Shown piece by piece: positions 27,685 through 37,032 of a stretch of 64,000 nucleotides of DNA (position 1 is its first letter; every line of letters begins with the position of its first letter). Origin of the DNA: a virus. Lineage: Duplodnaviria; Caudoviricetes. The translations under genes were made by a program, and so were the position numbers. The notes beneath the pieces are model-generated. The model was given only the letters and a program-made list of their open reading frames with translations. It had not been told where the DNA came from and searched no databases. The stretch covers positions 13,646-77,645 of the IMG/VR virus record IMGVR_UViG_3300032332_001510; one strand, given 5' to 3'.

Positions 27685-28052
27685 AGGTTAAGTATTCTAC
27701 AAACTGGATGGGTCCAGCTAGCATGGACTGGTATCGCCGGCGTGGTTTAACCACACTAGAACATCATGTACAAGAACAGGACAATCCATATACTGGACGC
27801 AAAAGGGGTGAGCACTACAAAATGGAAATAATTAACCACAACTATAGTTGTGGTCGTATTGATGTAATGGGCACTGACGATCCACGCGGTGAGGAAATTG
27901 GTGTGCCGCCTATGCTTAGCCTAGACTGGTGTAGGTTTGGTCGCTGGCTAGATACCTTTGAAACGGATGCACCGTGGACACTAGACCAACTAGTAGAACT
28001 ATACGAACGTGCTAATCCTAAGATTACTTGGGATACTTATGAGGAACACTAA
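27681..28052 (+). CDS. hypothetical protein
   Basis: operonic overlap. Confidence 0.6.
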   Translation: MKVKYSTNWMGPASMDWYRRRGLTTLEHHVQEQDNPYTGRKRGEHYKMEIINHNYSCGRIDVMGTDDPRGEEIGVPPMLSLDWCRFGRWLDTFETDAPWTLDQLVELYERANPKITWDTYEEH

Positions 28053-28676
28053 ATGCTAGAAACTATATGTGATGTGCTTAAACAGGGCTATGACAGGAAC
28101 TGGAGTACTAGTCGTGACAGTAATGTTAGTATCCGACATTACGGTCGCGACTACTTTTTTATTACACCTACCGGTGTTCGTAAGCAAACCATGCAGCCTG
28201 ATCAGTTTAAAAAGATTAGGGTGGCCGGGGATAGTTGGGAAGAGCTGGAGTATACACCTATTAGCCGCAACCTAAAGCCTAGTGGTGAACTTCCACTGCA
28301 CTTTGGCCTACAAAAACACATGGGCCAGCACAGCGACGATACCCGAGTGGTAGTCCATCTTCATCCTACTTACACAGTAGCTGCTATGCACGCTGGCATT
28401 GAGTTAGCTGACCTGGTCAAAGACTTTCCTGAGCTTAGCCGATATACCAAAGTAGCTAAAAATGTTGGCGATCAACCGCCTATTAGCCAGGAATTGGCAA
28501 CGGCTTGTCACCAGCAGCTGGAGGTTGATCCCTACAGTGGTTACGTTGCCTACGACATTGTAGGTCTTAAGGGTCATGGAGTTGTAGCTATCGACCGTAG
28601 CCCTTGGCGGGCTTATGAACATATTGAGCGTTTAGAACATATTTGTAAGATTGTGCTGGTATCGGGGAATTACTAA
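28053..28676 (+). CDS. class II aldolase/adducin family protein
   Basis: NVSIR, ITPTG, PSGELPLH, VVHLHP, LKGHGVVA. Confidence 0.88.
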   Translation: MLETICDVLKQGYDRNWSTSRDSNVSIRHYGRDYFFITPTGVRKQTMQPDQFKKIRVAGDSWEELEYTPISRNLKPSGELPLHFGLQKHMGQHSDDTRVVVHLHPTYTVAAMHAGIELADLVKDFPELSRYTKVAKNVGDQPPISQELATACHQQLEVDPYSGYVAYDIVGLKGHGVVAIDRSPWRAYEHIERLEHICKIVLVSGNY

Positions 28677-28861
28677 TGCAAGAGATCCTAAAAGACCGTT
28701 GCGATCAAATGCTGTTAGCTCTCTTAGGCCCTGAATTTGGCAAGTGCTGGTGGCACAGTCCAAACAAAGCTTTTGGGGGTATGACGCCTGAGGGTCAATG
28801 GATGTTAAACCACACACTAGTATACAACTACTTAACTAAACACTGTAGTGGAGACTACTAA
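28676..28861 (+). CDS. hypothetical protein (antitoxin Xre/MbcA C-terminal-like, tentative)
   Basis: WW.SPNKAFGG.TP. Confidence 0.4.
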   Translation: MQEILKDRCDQMLLALLGPEFGKCWWHSPNKAFGGMTPEGQWMLNHTLVYNYLTKHCSGDY

Positions 28862-29064
28862 TGAATAAAAATATTAAAGAACTGGCCATGGAAGCAGGCT
28901 TTCCCGTGACCGGTTTTTACAAGGAAACAACACTCTTAGCTAACGAGTCCGCAATTAACACATTTGCACAACTGCTACTCAAAGAGTGCGCAATGATTGC
29001 AGAACTCAACGGCGACATGAGCACTAGCTATCAAATCAAACATCATTTTGGAGATTGCAAATGA
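28861..29064 (+). CDS. hypothetical protein
   Basis: IKELA..AGF...FAQLL.KEC; paralogous with 29221-29400. Confidence 0.6.
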   Translation: MNKNIKELAMEAGFPVTGFYKETTLLANESAINTFAQLLLKECAMIAELNGDMSTSYQIKHHFGDCK

Positions 29065-29220
29065 TGCAAACTATTGAACTAGACTTAAGAATGAGTGAGT
29101 TCTTGAAATTAGCAATGCTAGCACACCAGCAAGATATTACCCTAAATCAGTTAATCAATAACTTGCTGCAAAGTGTAGTAGACAAGCACGAAGAAACTTT
29201 TAAAACAGCTGGTTTTGACA

Positions 29221-29400
29221 ATGTTTACTGAGGCATTTAAACAGCTTCACCAAGAAGCCGGGTTTACTACTCAAGGTTTAAACGACGAAACCCTTACTAA
29301 ATTTGGTAACCTAGTGGTTGAGCAATGCGTTAAGATCACACTGCATAGCATGACTACATACACAGCAGCAGAACATATTAGGGAACACTTTAAACAATGA
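29221..29400 (+). CDS. hypothetical protein
   Basis: EAGF...KFG.LVVEQC...HI.EHF. Confidence 0.55.
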   Translation: MFTEAFKQLHQEAGFTTQGLNDETLTKFGNLVVEQCVKITLHSMTTYTAAEHIREHFKQ

Positions 29401-29885
29401 CTAAAACACTGGACTTAGGTTGTGGCCTTCAACCTAAAAATCCTTATAGTTGCCAAGAAGTTTACGGTATAGATATTAGAACCTATGATAACCAAAACAT
29501 TTTAGTAGCAGATCTTGCTACAGAGCAAATCCCACATAAAAACAATATGTTTGATGTGGTTACTGCTTACGACTTCTTAGAGCACATACCTAGGATTATC
29601 TACAATCCCAATCGTAGATTTCCATTTGTAGAGCTAATGAATGAGATTTACCGTGTGCTAGTGCCTGGCGGCATATTTTACTCGCATACTCCTGCATTTC
29701 CAGCACCAGCCGTATTCAGAGACCCTACACACGTTAATATTATTACTGAAGAAACTTTTACCTACTACTTTGACCAAAACTACTGCTGGGCTAGTATCTA
29801 TGGATTTTATGGTAAGTTTCAAATAGAAGCACAAACCTGGCATCCAAATCAAATCAACTTAATTACCATTATGAAAAAAGTATGA
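29397..29885 (+). CDS. class I SAM-dependent methyltransferase
   Basis: LDLGCG, FD.VTAYDFLEHI, EIYRVLVPGG, DPTH. Confidence 0.88.
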   Translation: MTKTLDLGCGLQPKNPYSCQEVYGIDIRTYDNQNILVADLATEQIPHKNNMFDVVTAYDFLEHIPRIIYNPNRRFPFVELMNEIYRVLVPGGIFYSHTPAFPAPAVFRDPTHVNIITEETFTYYFDQNYCWASIYGFYGKFQIEAQTWHPNQINLITIMKKV

Positions 29886-30064
29886 CTATATTTGAACAAG
29901 CAGAACAGGTCAGGCAAACTGCTGCTAAACTACCACATAACATGCCTAACAGCCGCTGGTGGCTATTACAAATTAGCAGATATATGCTAGACCACAACCT
30001 TACATTCCAACAAGCAGCCCAATACACAACCACAGACTTACCTGAGGATCTCCTATGGCATTAA
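29882..30064 (+). CDS. hypothetical protein
   Basis: ORF track. Confidence 0.5.
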   Translation: MTIFEQAEQVRQTAAKLPHNMPNSRWWLLQISRYMLDHNLTFQQAAQYTTTDLPEDLLWH

Positions 30065-30354
30065 CCAAATTCTTAGTTGCTAAACAATACGCAGAAACAG
30101 TCCAGCAAGCACAACTAGTAGACCAAGAACTTACTAAAGCATTTAAGCTCTTAGATCAAGACAACGAGGTCAACTACTACGGCCCCGTACACAAAGCATA
30201 TGATCATCTAGTAGAACAACTACTTGGCCCAGAACTGTTTGAGCATACACTAAACTGGATTTACGAACACGACTTGGGCAACAATATTGACCTAGACTTC
30301 TCAGAATATTTCGATAGCCACCAAGACTCACATAAAAATCTTAAGCACGACTAA
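30055..30354 (+). CDS. hypothetical protein
   Basis: ORF track. Confidence 0.55.
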   Translation: MALTKFLVAKQYAETVQQAQLVDQELTKAFKLLDQDNEVNYYGPVHKAYDHLVEQLLGPELFEHTLNWIYEHDLGNNIDLDFSEYFDSHQDSHKNLKHD

Positions 30355-30592
30355 AAACACACCTTTACTAATTCAAAAATCCATGCTATAATATTGTTAA
30401 ATCTAGTGAGGTTTAAACAAAGAAATTTTTTATAAGTAAACTAGAAAACACAAAAAAGTAAATTTTATAGCGTTTTCGCAGGCCTCGGTGTGAAACGCGT
30501 CGATAAAATTAACTTTTGCAGTTGACGAGTTTTTGAAGTTTATGCAATAGAAAAAATTTCCTACAACTAAGGCAAATTGTTTCAAAAAATAT

Positions 30593-31390
30593 ATGCTAAA
30601 ATTAAAATCTAATGAATTGAAATTGGTACCTTTTGAAGCTTACCACGACTTAAAAGGCGATGATTTGCTAAAGCAAGCAGAGGAGCATCAACTCAACCTG
30701 CTGGGATCATGGTTGCTGCCCCAAATTTGTGCATACTATGGTACTTGGCAGGCGGTCCCACTAGGCAACCACCCAACCCAACTAGACCCTAGGGCGACAG
30801 CAAAACAGAATATTCAAAGCAAGTGGGATCTAGGATTGTGGAGAGTATGTACCAAGCTAAAACGTGGAGCGCTAGTAAAAGTGCAGAGTAGTGAGCTGGG
30901 CAGAAACTATAGTCAACTTGTGCCACTCGTCATCGCCGGCATGAAACGCTATCAAAACATCCAGTACCAGCGTTGGGATTTAGGTGGATTAAACGGCCTA
31001 GTACACCAGGAACTATATGAAGTTATGGAGTATAGTGGCGAGTGTTTAAGTTTAGGGTCAGAGGAATTGCTCCAAATTCGCCAGCAAGGTTTGACTATTA
31101 GGTCAGGGGCTAAAGCTGGTGAGCAAAACAAGCCTACCAGCCAATGGAAGCTGCACGGCCTAGCCACCACGGCCTTTCAGGGTACGCCAACACTGCTCAG
31201 CACCATTATGTGCCAGATCTGGGTTGCACATCCTAGTTTACGCACGGACATGATGATCTTAGACCCTAGTGTATGGGACCATATGCCCAAGCCACTGGTC
31301 ACCGGCGAAGCCTTTGCCGCTTTAGGGTCGAAAAAACAGGAAATTGTAACAATGCCCCAAACGGACGATAGAATGCCGTGGGAATACTAA
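30593..31390 (+). CDS. hypothetical protein
   Basis: 265-aa ORF with long leader after promoter near 30390. Confidence 0.7.
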   Translation: MLKLKSNELKLVPFEAYHDLKGDDLLKQAEEHQLNLLGSWLLPQICAYYGTWQAVPLGNHPTQLDPRATAKQNIQSKWDLGLWRVCTKLKRGALVKVQSSELGRNYSQLVPLVIAGMKRYQNIQYQRWDLGGLNGLVHQELYEVMEYSGECLSLGSEELLQIRQQGLTIRSGAKAGEQNKPTSQWKLHGLATTAFQGTPTLLSTIMCQIWVAHPSLRTDMMILDPSVWDHMPKPLVTGEAFAALGSKKQEIVTMPQTDDRMPWEY

Positions 31391-31402
31391 AAGGAGCAAT
31401 AC

Positions 31403-31720
31403 TTGAAATATACTAAAGAAATTACTGACCGTTTAGTTGAACAATACAAAACAGGCACTCAAGTCCAAAAAATTGCGCAGGAGCTGGAGGTGCCGGAGCG
31501 TAGTGTAATTGCCAAGCTCAGCAGCTTGGGTGTTTACCAGAAAAAGCAGTACTTAAACAAACGCGGTGAAGTGCCTACAAAGAAGTCAGAGCACATAGAA
31601 AACATTGCTAAACTGCTCAAAATGGATGTAGAACTCCTAGAAAGTCTTGAAAAGGTCAATAAAGGTATCCTACAGGTCCTAGAAACCAAATTAAGTCACG
31701 AAAACTGTCAAAATCCATAA
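31403..31720 (+). CDS. T5 A2-like DNA-binding protein (paralog 1)
   Basis: RSVIAKLSSLGVYQKK...KK.EH...IA..L...ESLEK; AAGGAG RBS, TTG start. Confidence 0.6.
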   Translation: MKYTKEITDRLVEQYKTGTQVQKIAQELEVPERSVIAKLSSLGVYQKKQYLNKRGEVPTKKSEHIENIAKLLKMDVELLESLEKVNKGILQVLETKLSHENCQNP

Positions 31721-31734
31721 TCTGACCCTAAAGT

Positions 31735-31767
31735 GCCCCACGCAGCGCAAGTTGTGTGGGGCTTTTT
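31735..31767 (+). terminator. intrinsic terminator
   Basis: GCCCCAC...GTGGGGC + TTTTT. Confidence 0.75.
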
Positions 31768-31816
31768 ATTGGGTGACAACTTGCTGTGGTTTAGGGTCAG
31801 GCTTTAGAATTTGCAC

Positions 31817-31951
31817 TTGACAACATTGATTTTACACTGTATAATATTGGCGCAGCAGACTTAGTCAAAAAACAGACTACCTATTAAAATAGACTTTGTA
31901 CTTAAACAGACTAGTGAGTAAAACTATACAGCTATATAGTTTTACTCACTA
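31817..31951 (+). repeat. promoter followed by four YAGACT motifs at exact 17-bp period and a 17-bp-arm inverted repeat
   Basis: TTGACA-17-TATAAT at 31817-31845; motifs at 31856, 31873, 31890, 31907; inverted repeat 31912-31951. Confidence 0.75.
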
Positions 31952-32010
31952 ATAAAATTTTAGTAATGTAAAAAATTGTTGCAATTTAGGGTCTGGTGTT
32001 TATTTCAGGC

Positions 32011-32577
32011 AAAACAAAACCCCGCTAAAGCCGTCGCCTTGCGGGGTTTTGAACTCTTACGAGTTTTTATGCGATATTGACTTAGTTTTCACAGAGATCG
32101 TCTGTTACGGTAACCTATCATTTCGCGGGGGAGTTTGCCATTATATGGTCTAGAATGATATTTTGGCCAACTCGGTTCAGCCTATATTTTAACCAGCGGG
32201 CCTAACCGCTGGACAGCACTGCTCTAGTTGCACACCAGATTGAGGTTGCTTGGATACCGTCTAAGTTATTTACAAGTTCTAGACAACTTGGTAAGTTTGG
32301 GTATTTACAACCACCTGGGCTCCCAGAGGTAGCGAACCTTAGCAGTCCAGGATTTTAATTTTAGCTAAGGGCTGTGGCTCGGCTCTAACATAGATTCCCC
32401 ACAATTAAGACGCTGCACCAAATGCGCGCCGCTGTCACCCATTCTTTCGACAGTCGTCAGTACTTGTACTTGGCACTACAGGTTGCTAGCTATACATTGG
32501 CTTGCTGGCGGGATAGTGGTACGTTGACTGGTATCTGCGCTTTGTCCTCTCGGATAAGCTCTTTCCTAACTGTCTAT
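32011..32577 (-). ncRNA. putative large structured non-coding RNA (about 565 nt)
   Basis: TTGAAA-17-TATAAT promoter (-10 at 32589-32584), strong terminator at 32050-32011, no long ORF on this strand, many hairpins including GNRA tetraloops. Confidence 0.55.
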
Positions 32578-32637
32578 AATAATATTATACACTGTTGGGG
32601 AGAAGATTTCAAGACAAGATTTCTTCTCCCCGGTAGC

Positions 32638-32949
32638 TTAGGCCCCAAACTTCTCCACAAGCAGCTCCAGACCGCTCATGTTGCACTTCTCAAGGCTGGC
32701 AATTGCTTGAGGGTCAATATCAAACTTCGCTGCAATCTTGTTGATCAGGTCCATTTTAGTAACCCGGCCCTGACCCTTAGCCGCGGTTTTGGCCACATAC
32801 ACGCCTTCGCGTGAAAGCTTGGCCACAATCGACCGCACCGACTTGCCCATCTCTTCAGCAATCATTTCCACAGAATTGCCCGTGGTGTAAAGTCCGATAA
32901 CGGTAGCGGTCTGCTCGGCGGTGTAGTTTACAGTTTTGTCAGTCATCAT
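32638..32949 (-). CDS. T5 A2-like DNA-binding protein (paralog 2)
   Basis: KTVNYT.EQT...GKSVRSIVAKLSREGVY...ASLEK. Confidence 0.7.
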   Translation of the reverse strand: MMTDKTVNYTAEQTATVIGLYTTGNSVEMIAEEMGKSVRSIVAKLSREGVYVAKTAAKGQGRVTKMDLINKIAAKFDIDPQAIASLEKCNMSGLELLVEKFGA

Positions 32950-33261
32950 ATGTCCTTTGTGTTTCGGTTTCTGCGCTGTTGAAGATTCTATTATACGCTG
33001 TTCAGAAGGGAATATCAAGATCAAAATTACTGGGGTCTGGCTCGGTTTGTGGATACTGGGGATAATCGAAATGTTCGTTCCGCCAATCCTGCCACCATTC
33101 TTCTTGATCACTTTGAAAGTCATTCATTGTTTGGTTTCCCTCATCAATCTATAAATAATATTATACAGACTCTAACCGGCCACTTCAACACTAAATTTAT
33201 ACACGTGGCACACCCAAGATTTTACACTAGTTTTCGCACTGGCGCGGGGGCTCCGCCCCCT

Positions 33262-33352
33262 GCACCAAGGTGGTGCATGGCCGCACCAAAGTGGTGCATG
33301 CCCCAACTTGGTGCGCCCCAAAATGGTGCATGCCCCAACTTGGTGCGCACCA
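33262..33352. repeat. five tandem 15-bp palindromic sites GC(A/C)CCA-N3-TGGTGC plus a half site
   Basis: copies at 33262, 33283, 33300, 33315, 33332; preceded by a GC hairpin at 33243-33263. Confidence 0.85.
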
Positions 33353-33363
33353 GCGTGTTGCTC

Positions 33364-33560
33364 AGGGTTTACCCTATTAGGGAAAGTCCCTATGTTGTAT
33401 TTTTGCCCGCACGCTTGACGCGGCCCCCAAAATTATGGTATAATTTTGGCGCCTGATCGTTCTAAAATTTAGGATGACTCTAAGGGTTTACCCTAGTGTT
33501 GTATTTTCGCACCAGCCCTTGACACGCCGCCCATTATACTAGTATAATGGGCGCCATTTT
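33364..33560. promoter_or_regulatory. two copies of the repeated palindrome/promoter element
   Basis: AGGG..CCCT palindromes, TGTTGTATTTT, TTGAC-18-TATAAT, GGCGCC; perfect 26-bp palindrome at 33528-33553. Confidence 0.8.
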
Positions 33561-33590
33561 TCGTTTTATTTTTTATAATTATTTAATTAA

Positions 33591-33618
33591 AATAAAACCG
33601 GCAATTGCCGGTTTTATT
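33591..33618. terminator. perfect 28-bp palindrome, probable bidirectional terminator
   Basis: AATAAAACCGGCAA|TTGCCGGTTTTATT. Confidence 0.75.
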
Positions 33619-33627
33619 AAACCTGGA

Positions 33628-33954
33628 TTAAATGGGTTTTGAATTTGCCAATGCGTCGAAAATTGCTTTTAGGGCAGATTTATTGCATTTGGTCAGGGAT
33701 TCAATATCATTTTCTGGCAAACGCAGGATTGCGCCAATTGCATCAGCGTGCGCGTCTTTTTTAACGACCGGCTCGCCAGTTTTTGTTTTATAGGTTTTCT
33801 TTTCGTAAACCCCCTCGCGCGAGAGTTTAGCAACAATTGAGCGAACCGATTTGCCCATTTGAACGGCCAATTCTTCAACGGTAAAACCATTTTTGTAATC
33901 GGCAATCAGGTTAAGGGTTTGCTCAGGGGTATAGTTTACAGTCTTTTCAGCCAT
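33628..33954 (-). CDS. T5 A2-like DNA-binding protein (paralog 3)
   Basis: Near-identical core to 38149-38478. Confidence 0.72.
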   Translation of the reverse strand: MAEKTVNYTPEQTLNLIADYKNGFTVEELAVQMGKSVRSIVAKLSREGVYEKKTYKTKTGEPVVKKDAHADAIGAILRLPENDIESLTKCNKSALKAIFDALANSKPI

Positions 33955-34014
33955 TGCGTTTTCTCCAGTTAAGTTAATATTATACAGGGTTAGGATGGGT
34001 TAATCAAGTGCGAA

Positions 34015-34356
34015 TTATTCGTCGTCTAATTCGGCAAGGTAAATATTAGGCAAATCAAATTTTTCGTCTAGTCTAATTGCCTGCAACACAAAATTAAACC
34101 CGTGAAATTCGCTGATATTATTTTCTTGTTGCCAAGCGTGAATCAATTCGTGCGCAATCAATTCGTCCAGCGTGCGCGGTGAATTAGCGTTTTGATTGCC
34201 CAGGAATACGGTAATTTTATGCGCTTTTAGATTACCTTTATTGGAAAATTTAGGATAATAAACTGCGTCCATTGCTTTATGGGCTTTGGTTTTAAGTGTT
34301 AATTCTACGGGGCTTTTCAGCCCCAGGAATTCAATGTAATATGCTAAATTTTCCAT
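34015..34356 (-). CDS. SprT-like zinc metalloprotein
   Basis: IAHELIHAWQ...HG..F (HExxH). Confidence 0.65.
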   Translation of the reverse strand: MENLAYYIEFLGLKSPVELTLKTKAHKAMDAVYYPKFSNKGNLKAHKITVFLGNQNANSPRTLDELIAHELIHAWQQENNISEFHGFNFVLQAIRLDEKFDLPNIYLAELDDE

Positions 34357-34357
34357 T

Positions 34358-35059
34358 TTAGATTGCCTTGTAAAAATCTTTGACTTGGAATTGCTTCCAG
34401 TTATGTGCAATGATATTGTCACGCCAATTGCGACGTTTTAGAATGTTTACCAGAATTGGCAATTCAAAGTCTTGTGCATCCTCAAGCGCAGTATGTGGCT
34501 CTTCAACAAATTGACCATTCAAAAACGCAAAAACAGATTCGGCAGTAGTTTTAATGGACATATTGCCATGCTTAGTCGGAGCATTGAATAGATGATTTTG
34601 CAATGCAAATTGACGATATGCTTTTTTGCAGATATTGCCAATAGCGGCTTGCCAAAGACAAAACGATTCTGCAAAACCCGACAAATCAATGCCGGTATTA
34701 GCACATTTTTGTTTATCAAAAGCCAGATTGTAAGCGGTTAATGTAGGATTGTATTTGCCAATGGCTTTTTGAATCCACGCATTGATTGCGGCAACAGAAG
34801 CCATTTGCCGCGAACCTGAATCAAGCATTGCAAAGTATTGAGTTTGCTTTTTGCTTGCGTATTCACGCGACCACATTTCCGAATTGGGTTTAGTTTTGTC
34901 ATAGAATAGATCCATTGCATCAAAATGATTGCGAACCAATACCGCGCATTTTGCATAGATGCGACCGTTACGATCGCAAATAACAATTGCAAAATCTGCA
35001 ACGGTATCGTTGCAAGTGGTTTCAGTGTCGAGAATTGCGAAAAACTGCTTTTTAGCCAC
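34358..35059 (-). CDS. DEDDh 3'-5' exonuclease
   Basis: LDTETT, AYNLAFD, HTALEDA. Confidence 0.82.
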   Translation of the reverse strand: MAKKQFFAILDTETTCNDTVADFAIVICDRNGRIYAKCAVLVRNHFDAMDLFYDKTKPNSEMWSREYASKKQTQYFAMLDSGSRQMASVAAINAWIQKAIGKYNPTLTAYNLAFDKQKCANTGIDLSGFAESFCLWQAAIGNICKKAYRQFALQNHLFNAPTKHGNMSIKTTAESVFAFLNGQFVEEPHTALEDAQDFELPILVNILKRRNWRDNIIAHNWKQFQVKDFYKAI

Positions 35060-35104
35060 GATAGATAGGGGTTAGCCAGGGCACGTCGCCCAAGTCATAA
35101 CTAT

Positions 35105-35312
35105 ACACGAATTTTTGGCTCATGCCAAGATTTGCAAAAATACAACATAGGGGTTTTCCCCTATTGACAAAAAAATTTTGCCGTGGTAAAATTTTGGCGC
35201 GTCAGCTGTTGTAAAAATACAACAGCACAAAAAATTTACGAAATTTTTCTTGACGCGGCCCAAAATTATATGTTATAATTTTGGCGCCATGTGTTGTAAA
35301 AATACAACACAT
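35105..35312. promoter_or_regulatory. repeated element: leftward promoter, TAGGGG..CCCCTA palindrome, two rightward promoters each followed by a TGTTGTA-AAAA-TACAACA hairpin
   Basis: TTGACA-17-TAAAAT at 35164; TTGACG-18-TATAAT at 35250; hairpins at 35205-35226 and 35289-35312. Confidence 0.8.
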
Positions 35313-35320
35313 TTCGTTAT

Positions 35321-35533
35321 TTAAGTTAAATACACCCGGAATTCAATGCCCATTGCAGAGCGAAAATGCAATTCGTCATATTCCTGGCTTAATTTCTTGC
35401 AATCTTTAATGCTAAAATAAGGGCCATCAATAATCTTAAAATCTAGCCCATTAACCCAATCGTTCCAATTGGCCTTGCGGCCATAAGCACCACAACAATC
35501 TAAAATGTCATAATTCAAAAAATCCATGATCAA
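35321..35533 (-). CDS. hypothetical protein
   Basis: ORF track. Confidence 0.6.
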   Translation of the reverse strand: MIMDFLNYDILDCCGAYGRKANWNDWVNGLDFKIIDGPYFSIKDCKKLSQEYDELHFRSAMGIEFRVYLT

Positions 35534-35535
35534 TC

Positions 35536-35895
35536 CTAAAGTGTAAGTGAACCGTAGGGAATACCCAATTGGAATTCTAGGAAACCAATATCACCATCAG
35601 TACCCATTTCCTGGTCAATCCAATTAACAGCCTGATTCCAATCAAAACCATGCATTTCTTGCAATTGCGTGATTCGAGCCTTTACATTCTCAAATTCGGC
35701 CAATTCCTCGCTCATGCGTTGTGCATTAGCACGATCGGCAATAATATACAATTGGTCAATTTCAGATTCAAATTGCTCAACTGTCCAGGTACTGGTATCA
35801 ATACCACGCGGCCGCACATTGTGCGCATCCTTGTAAGCATCCCAGTAAACGCTAGCCAATTGTTCCAACTGGGTTAATTCATTCCATGCTTTCAT
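35536..35895 (-). CDS. hypothetical protein
   Basis: start MKAWNEL; Y.DAYKDAHNVRPR motif. Confidence 0.65.
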   Translation of the reverse strand: MKAWNELTQLEQLASVYWDAYKDAHNVRPRGIDTSTWTVEQFESEIDQLYIIADRANAQRMSEELAEFENVKARITQLQEMHGFDWNQAVNWIDQEMGTDGDIGFLEFQLGIPYGSLTL

Positions 35896-35985
35896 TATAC
35901 AGCCCCAATAAAGGTTAGGTAAGCAACAGCGCAAACGCTGGCAATCAGCGCATAAAAAACAATTTTGTCTGGATCATTAGTCATT

Positions 35986-36489
35986 TTAGTGTCCTTGTTT
36001 GCTTGGAATATATTCACCGCGAATATTGAAATAATCGCATACCGCTTTAAGATATTGCACGTTATCCTCATAGAAAACAACGTCATCCATCATTGCCAAG
36101 TTAATATTAGCAGTTTGAAAGCATTTAATCAAACCGTTAATTTTTAGCGTTGAGCCAGATTGAAAATCGTCGCTAGTACGCGAGATAACATAATCAGGAA
36201 CCCCTAGTACGTCACGCATAAATTGCCAATCTGGATCATTCATTACACGCGCAGTAGCGATAATCGTGTAACATTCAGCGTCCATGCAATCGCGTTTATA
36301 TTTATCAGCCAATGGCAATAAGCCATCCAGCATTGCCAAGTGCTGATTATCTCGCCAAAAGCCAATATCAATGCGCTCACCTGCGTCGGTGAGAACAGTG
36401 CGATAACGGTGGCTTGAATCCACGATAGTGCCGTCCATGTCATAAATTGCTACTCGCTTAATCATTTTGTTTGCCTGCGTTGTGTCCAT
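35986..36489 (-). CDS. dmp: HAD-family deoxynucleoside 5'-monophosphatase (T5 Dmp-like)
   Basis: YDMDGTIVDSSHR, LLPL, IIATARVM, FYEDN match the T5 Dmp pattern as recalled. Confidence 0.75.
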   Translation of the reverse strand: MDTTQANKMIKRVAIYDMDGTIVDSSHRYRTVLTDAGERIDIGFWRDNQHLAMLDGLLPLADKYKRDCMDAECYTIIATARVMNDPDWQFMRDVLGVPDYVISRTSDDFQSGSTLKINGLIKCFQTANINLAMMDDVVFYEDNVQYLKAVCDYFNIRGEYIPSKQGH

Positions 36490-36532
36490 GTAGAGAATTA
36501 TACACGAAAAATCGGGTTGTGCCAGGAAGTGC

Positions 36533-36627
36533 AAAAATACAACAGTAGGGGAAACCCCTATTGACACGCCCCAAAATTATGTGGTATAATTTTGGCGCCG
36601 CAGGTGTTGTAAAAATACAACACCTGC
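36533..36627. promoter_or_regulatory. repeated palindrome/promoter element
   Basis: AAAAATACAACA, TAGGGG-AAA-CCCCTA, TTGACA-18-TATAAT (36561-36590), GGCGCC, 12-bp hairpin at 36600-36627. Confidence 0.85.
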
Positions 36628-36634
36628 CCGTTAT

Positions 36635-36820
36635 TTATTCAATAACGAATTCCAATTTACGTTTTACGGTAATTGGATCTACCTCAAACCATTCTAAATC
36701 ATCAAAATCATCATCGGTCAATTCAAAACCAAATTGCAAGTCTTGCCAGACTTCCTCAATTGAATTACCCATTGAGGTGATAGTATCGTCATTAATGCTT
36801 TTAGCCATAAACATAATCAT
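36635..36820 (-). CDS. small acidic protein
   Basis: ORF track. Confidence 0.55.
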   Translation of the reverse strand: MIMFMAKSINDDTITSMGNSIEEVWQDLQFGFELTDDDFDDLEWFEVDPITVKRKLEFVIE

Positions 36821-37032
36821 TCTCCTTTACCAAAAAATTGTGCAACGTCAACCAAGTGTTTAGCAGTACGCTCAATGCGTTTTACTAGTGCCTCATAATC
36901 CAATTCCATCATCTCATGCATTTTAACAGATTCCACAAAATAAATCAATTCGTCACGCTTTAACTGCGACGTTTCGAATTTAGCGGCTTCCTCAATCAAT
37001 TTGAATTTATTCACCTTCAAACCCCCAACCAT
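36817..37032 (-). CDS. hypothetical protein
   Basis: ORF track. Confidence 0.55.
   Translation of the reverse strand: MVGGLKVNKFKLIEEAAKFETSQLKRDELIYFVESVKMHEMMELDYEALVKRIERTAKHLVDVAQFFGKGE

Noticed and set aside
31856-31912. Type III toxin-antitoxin (ToxI-like) decoy repeats
   Set aside because: The period is 17 nt, well short of the roughly 35-nt or longer pseudoknot repeats of known type III antitoxins; kept only as a generic array.
32422-32814. 130-aa plus-strand ORF
   Set aside because: It is antisense to the A2 paralog and the putative ncRNA, has no RBS and has non-protein-like composition.
33262-33352. Short repeat array as a mini-CRISPR
   Set aside because: Units are 15 bp and nearly abutting (0-6 nt gaps), with no unique 25-40-nt spacers and no cas genes.
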